DNA of 64,000 nt. It comes from Mobula hypostoma. Lineage: Eukaryota. The notes under the pieces are model-generated. The model was not told where the DNA came from. It saw only the letters and a program-made list of their open reading frames with translations, and ran no database searches. Position 1 is the stretch's first letter; the number at the start of each line of letters is the position of its first letter. A program made the translations under genes and the position numbers. Of this stretch, positions 60,490 through 64,000 are shown piece by piece. The stretch lies in contig NC_086097.1 in assembly GCF_963921235.1 (NCBI RefSeq), positions 196,168,001 to 196,232,000 on the forward strand, read 5' to 3'.

Positions 60490-63400
60490 AGCCAATTGGA
60501 AACAGATGTTCTCAGGAAAACATATGGAAGAAATGTGGCAAATGTTCAGTGAATATTTGAGTGGAGTTCTGCATAGGTACGTTCCAATGAGGCAGGGAAA
60601 GTATGGTAGGGTACAGGAACCGTGGTGTACAAAGGCTGTTGAAAATCCAGTCAAGAAGAAAAGAAGAGCTCATGAAAGTTTCAAAAAACAAGGTAATGAG
60701 AGAGATCTCAAAGATTATAAGGCTAGCAGGAAGGAGCTTAAGAATGAAATTAGGAGAGTCAGAAAGAGCCATGAGGAGGCCTTGGAGGACATGATTCAGG
60801 AAAACCCCAAAGCATTCTGTAAGTATATGAAGAGGAAGAGGATAAGACATGAGAGAATAGGACCAATCAAGTGTGACAGTGGAAAAATGTGTATGGAACC
60901 GGAGGAGACAGCAGAGGTACTTAATGAATACTTTGCTTCAGTATTCACTGCAGAAAAGGACCTTGGCGATTGTAAAGGGGACTGAGAAGCTTGAGCATGT
61001 AGATATTAAGGAAGAGGATGTGCAGGAGCTTTTGGAAAGCATCAAGTTGGATAAGTCACCGGGACCGGATGAGATGTTGTTATGTAACCGGCAACAATGA
61101 ATATTAACCAAGACAGGTTTTATGAAAACAACCAAACTTTTATTAAACACGTATAAGCGATAAGGGGAAAAAAAACACAAAGGAAAACTTTAACCAGAGG
61201 TTAAACAGGTACGCAGCCATTCATCAACTCCACTCGGCTCTGATTCTTAAAGCGTTAAATGCGAAAACAGTTCGTAAAGCGATACAGTCAGATATAGTTC
61301 TTAAAGCGATAATTTCGAATGTCCAACAGTTTTACACATTCAATTGGGAGAGACTTCTCTGGAGAAGGATTTCTTCACCGACGCACCTTTACTGCCGGTT
61401 CTGTCCACAGGATTCCCGATGCTGAAAATAAACAGTTTAAATCAACTGACCGTAAATTCCTTTTAGAGAGAGAGAGCCTTTGTGCATGAACTCATTGCAC
61501 TATTGCAAGAGTTATCTCAATGCAGGTTCTCTCCAACGAAGACTCAATAAGGTCAATTTTTTATTAAACTGCTAAACGATGCCGACTTCTCTCGATCCTT
61601 CACTTCGATGAATTCTTCACTCTCCCTTCAAAACTGTCGGAATTGAGTAAATTGGCACTTCCAGCCACAAATTTCCAGTTCAAATACAGTATCTTGTAAG
61701 AGAACGCACCTTCTGTTTTAAAAATGAAACTGTATCACAAAAAACAAACACGCAACAGAAACGGAGGCACAACACGTTCTACCTGAAATCTACAAACTCA
61801 AAAACCCACTGCATCACCTGAGTCGACCCTTATGTAGTCATGGGGCACATGTCATCACGTGACCTCACATCGGCGGGAAAATCACATCAGGTGACCTCCA
61901 AAAGACCATTACATCATTTTCACAAAAAAACAGATCTCCTCGAGCATGTAACAATGTACCCCAGGCTACTGTGAGAGGCAAGGGAGGAGATTACTGAGCT
62001 TCTGGCGATGATCTTTGCATCACCAATGGGGACGGGAGAGGTTCTGGAGGATTAGAGTGTTGCAAATGTTGTTCCATTATTCAAGAAGGGGTGTAGAAGT
62101 AGCCCAGGAAATTATAGACCAGTGAGTCTTACTTCAGTGGTTGGTAAGTTGATGGAGAAGATCCTGAGAGGCAGGATTTATGAACATTTGGAGAGTCATA
62201 ATTTGAGTAAGAATAGTCAACATGGCTTTGTCAAAGGCAGGTCGTGCCTTACGAGCCTGATTGAATTTTTTGAGGATGTGACTAAACATGTTGATGAAGT
62301 AGAGCAGTAGATGTAGTGTATATGGATTTCAGCAAAGCATTTGATAAGGTACTCCATGCAAGGAATACTGATAAAGTAATGAGGCATGGGATCCAAGGGG
62401 GCATTGCTTTGAGGATCTAGAATTGGCTTGCCACAGAGAGCAAAGAGTGGTTGTAGACAGGTCATATTCTGCATGGAGGTCGGTGACCAGTGGTGTGCCT
62501 CAGGGATCTGTTCTAGGATCCCTACTCCATGATTTTTATAAATGACCTGGATGAGTAAGTGGAGGGATAGGTTAGTAAATTTACTGATGACACAAAGGTT
62601 GGAGGTGTTGTGGATAGTGTGGAGGGCTGTCAGAGGTTACAGCAGGACATTGATAGGATGCAAAGCTGGGCTGAGAAGTGGCAGATGGAGTTCAACCCAG
62701 ATAAGTGTGAGGTTGTTCATTTTAATAGGTCAAATATGATGGCAGAGTATAGTATTAATGGTAAGTCTCTTGGCAGTGTGGAGGATCAGAGGGATCTTGG
62801 GGTCTGAGTCTATAGGACACTCAAAGCTGCTGCACAGGTTGACTCTATGGTTAAGAAGGCGTATGGTGCATTGGCCTTCATCAATCATGAGATTGAGTTT
62901 AGGAGCTGAGAGGTAATGTTGCAGCTATATAGGACCCTGGTCAGACCCCGTTTGGAGTACTGTGCTCAGTTCTGGTCATCTCACTACAGGAAGGATGTGG
63001 AAACCATAGAAAGGGTGCAGAGGAGATTTACAAGGATGTTGCCTGAATTGGGGAGCATGCCTTATGAGAATAGTTTGTGTGAACTTGGCCTTTTCTCCTT
63101 GGAGCGATGGAGGATGAGAGGTGATCTGATAGGGTTGTATAATATGATGAAAGGCATTGATCATGTGGATCGTCAGAGACTTTTTCCTAGGGCTGAAATG
63201 GCTAACATGAGAGGGCACAGTTTTAAGGTGCTTGGAAGTAGGTACAAAGGAGATGTCAGGGATAAGTTTTCTTTTACGCAGAGAGTGGTGAATGCGTGGA
63301 ATGGGCTGCCGGTGACGGTGGTGGAGGTAGATACAATAGGGTCTTTTAAGAGACTCCTGGATAGGTACATAGAGCTTAGAAAAATAGAGGGCTATGGGTA

Positions 63401-63495
63401 ACCATAGGTAATTTCTAAGGTAAGGACACATTCGGCACAGCTTTGTGGGCCGAAGGGCCTGTTTTGTGCTGTAGGTTTTCTATGTTTCTATGTCT
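60490..63495 (+). mobile_element. CR1 LINE (ORF2 linker, RT, 3' tail) interrupted by a solo LTR
   Basis: ORFs 60419..60985, 62122..62310, 62610..62807 and 62916..63401; (ttctatgt)n tail. Confidence 0.93.
61078..61953 (-). mobile_element. Solo LTR (Gypsy-like), 876 bp
   Basis: TGTTA...TAACA termini; 4-bp TSD ATGT (61074-61077, 61954-61957). Removal restores CR1 ccggatgagatgtaccccagg. Minus-strand AATAAA near 61140 suggests the orientation. Confidence 0.88.
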
Positions 63496-64000
63496 ATTTT
63501 CATCCTTCTTTGCAAAGCCCTAGATATTATTGTCATCTTGCCAATTGATGCCCCTCTTTTCCACAATTTTATGATTACATCTCTCTTAAGTGGCTTCCAC
63601 CTTTACCACAGTACCTAAACTACCTTCATCAAAAGTGTGACAAAGATGAAGTAGCTTCATCTGCAGCTGTAGCACAGCAGATCACTCTGTCCACCTCCTC
63701 CATCATATATTCACTTAACTTCTTAAGAGTTCTATTTTCACATTGACTGGACTCCTCATATCTTAGCTCAACTGCTCCTAAAAACCCTCATCCATCCTTC
63801 CAATAATCCTGACTATTTTTGTGTCTATTTTCTACCATTCATCAGTGCTTATGTAAAACTTTGCTACATCCATGTTATTATGCTCCTGGACTCATGCCCA
63901 TGATTTCCAACTTGCATTAACTACCACTTCATCAATACCACAGTTTTGAAGCTCTCATTCTTGCTTTTAGGACTTTTATAGTCACAACATGCTCTCTCGA

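Overview
Vertebrate genomic DNA, not prokaryotic. The repeat landscape suggests a cartilaginous fish, probably a ray or skate (inference). The window holds one host gene on the + strand: collectin-12 (COLEC12 / CL-P1 / SRCL / SCARA4). I traced eight coding exons, equivalent to human exons 3-10, at 12671-12793, 27437-27535, 31174-32220, 33666-34160, 48051-48187, 50584-50693, 53364-53506 and 56070-56074. All have AG/GT boundaries and splice into one frame: TM helix, coiled coil, 45 Gly-X-Y triplets and a QPD/WND C-type lectin domain. Exons 1-2 lie upstream of the window. Most of the rest is transposable elements, often nested: many CR1 LINEs, Rex1/Babar-type LINEs, L1 (one with a twin-priming inversion), Penelope-like elements (PLEs), RTE-related non-autonomous elements, tRNA-derived V-SINEs, two solo LTRs, a decayed BEL/Pao element, and hAT (Charlie/Buster), Tigger-like and Chapaev3-like DNA transposons. 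The most notable hidden signal is six minimal hammerhead-ribozyme motifs from two PLE families. Some sit in short stand-alone inserts with target-site duplications (TSDs), one with an apparent 3' transduction and one as a long hairpin just downstream of the COLEC12 stop. Comparisons to human COLEC12 and to repeat families are from recalled knowledge; no searches were run.
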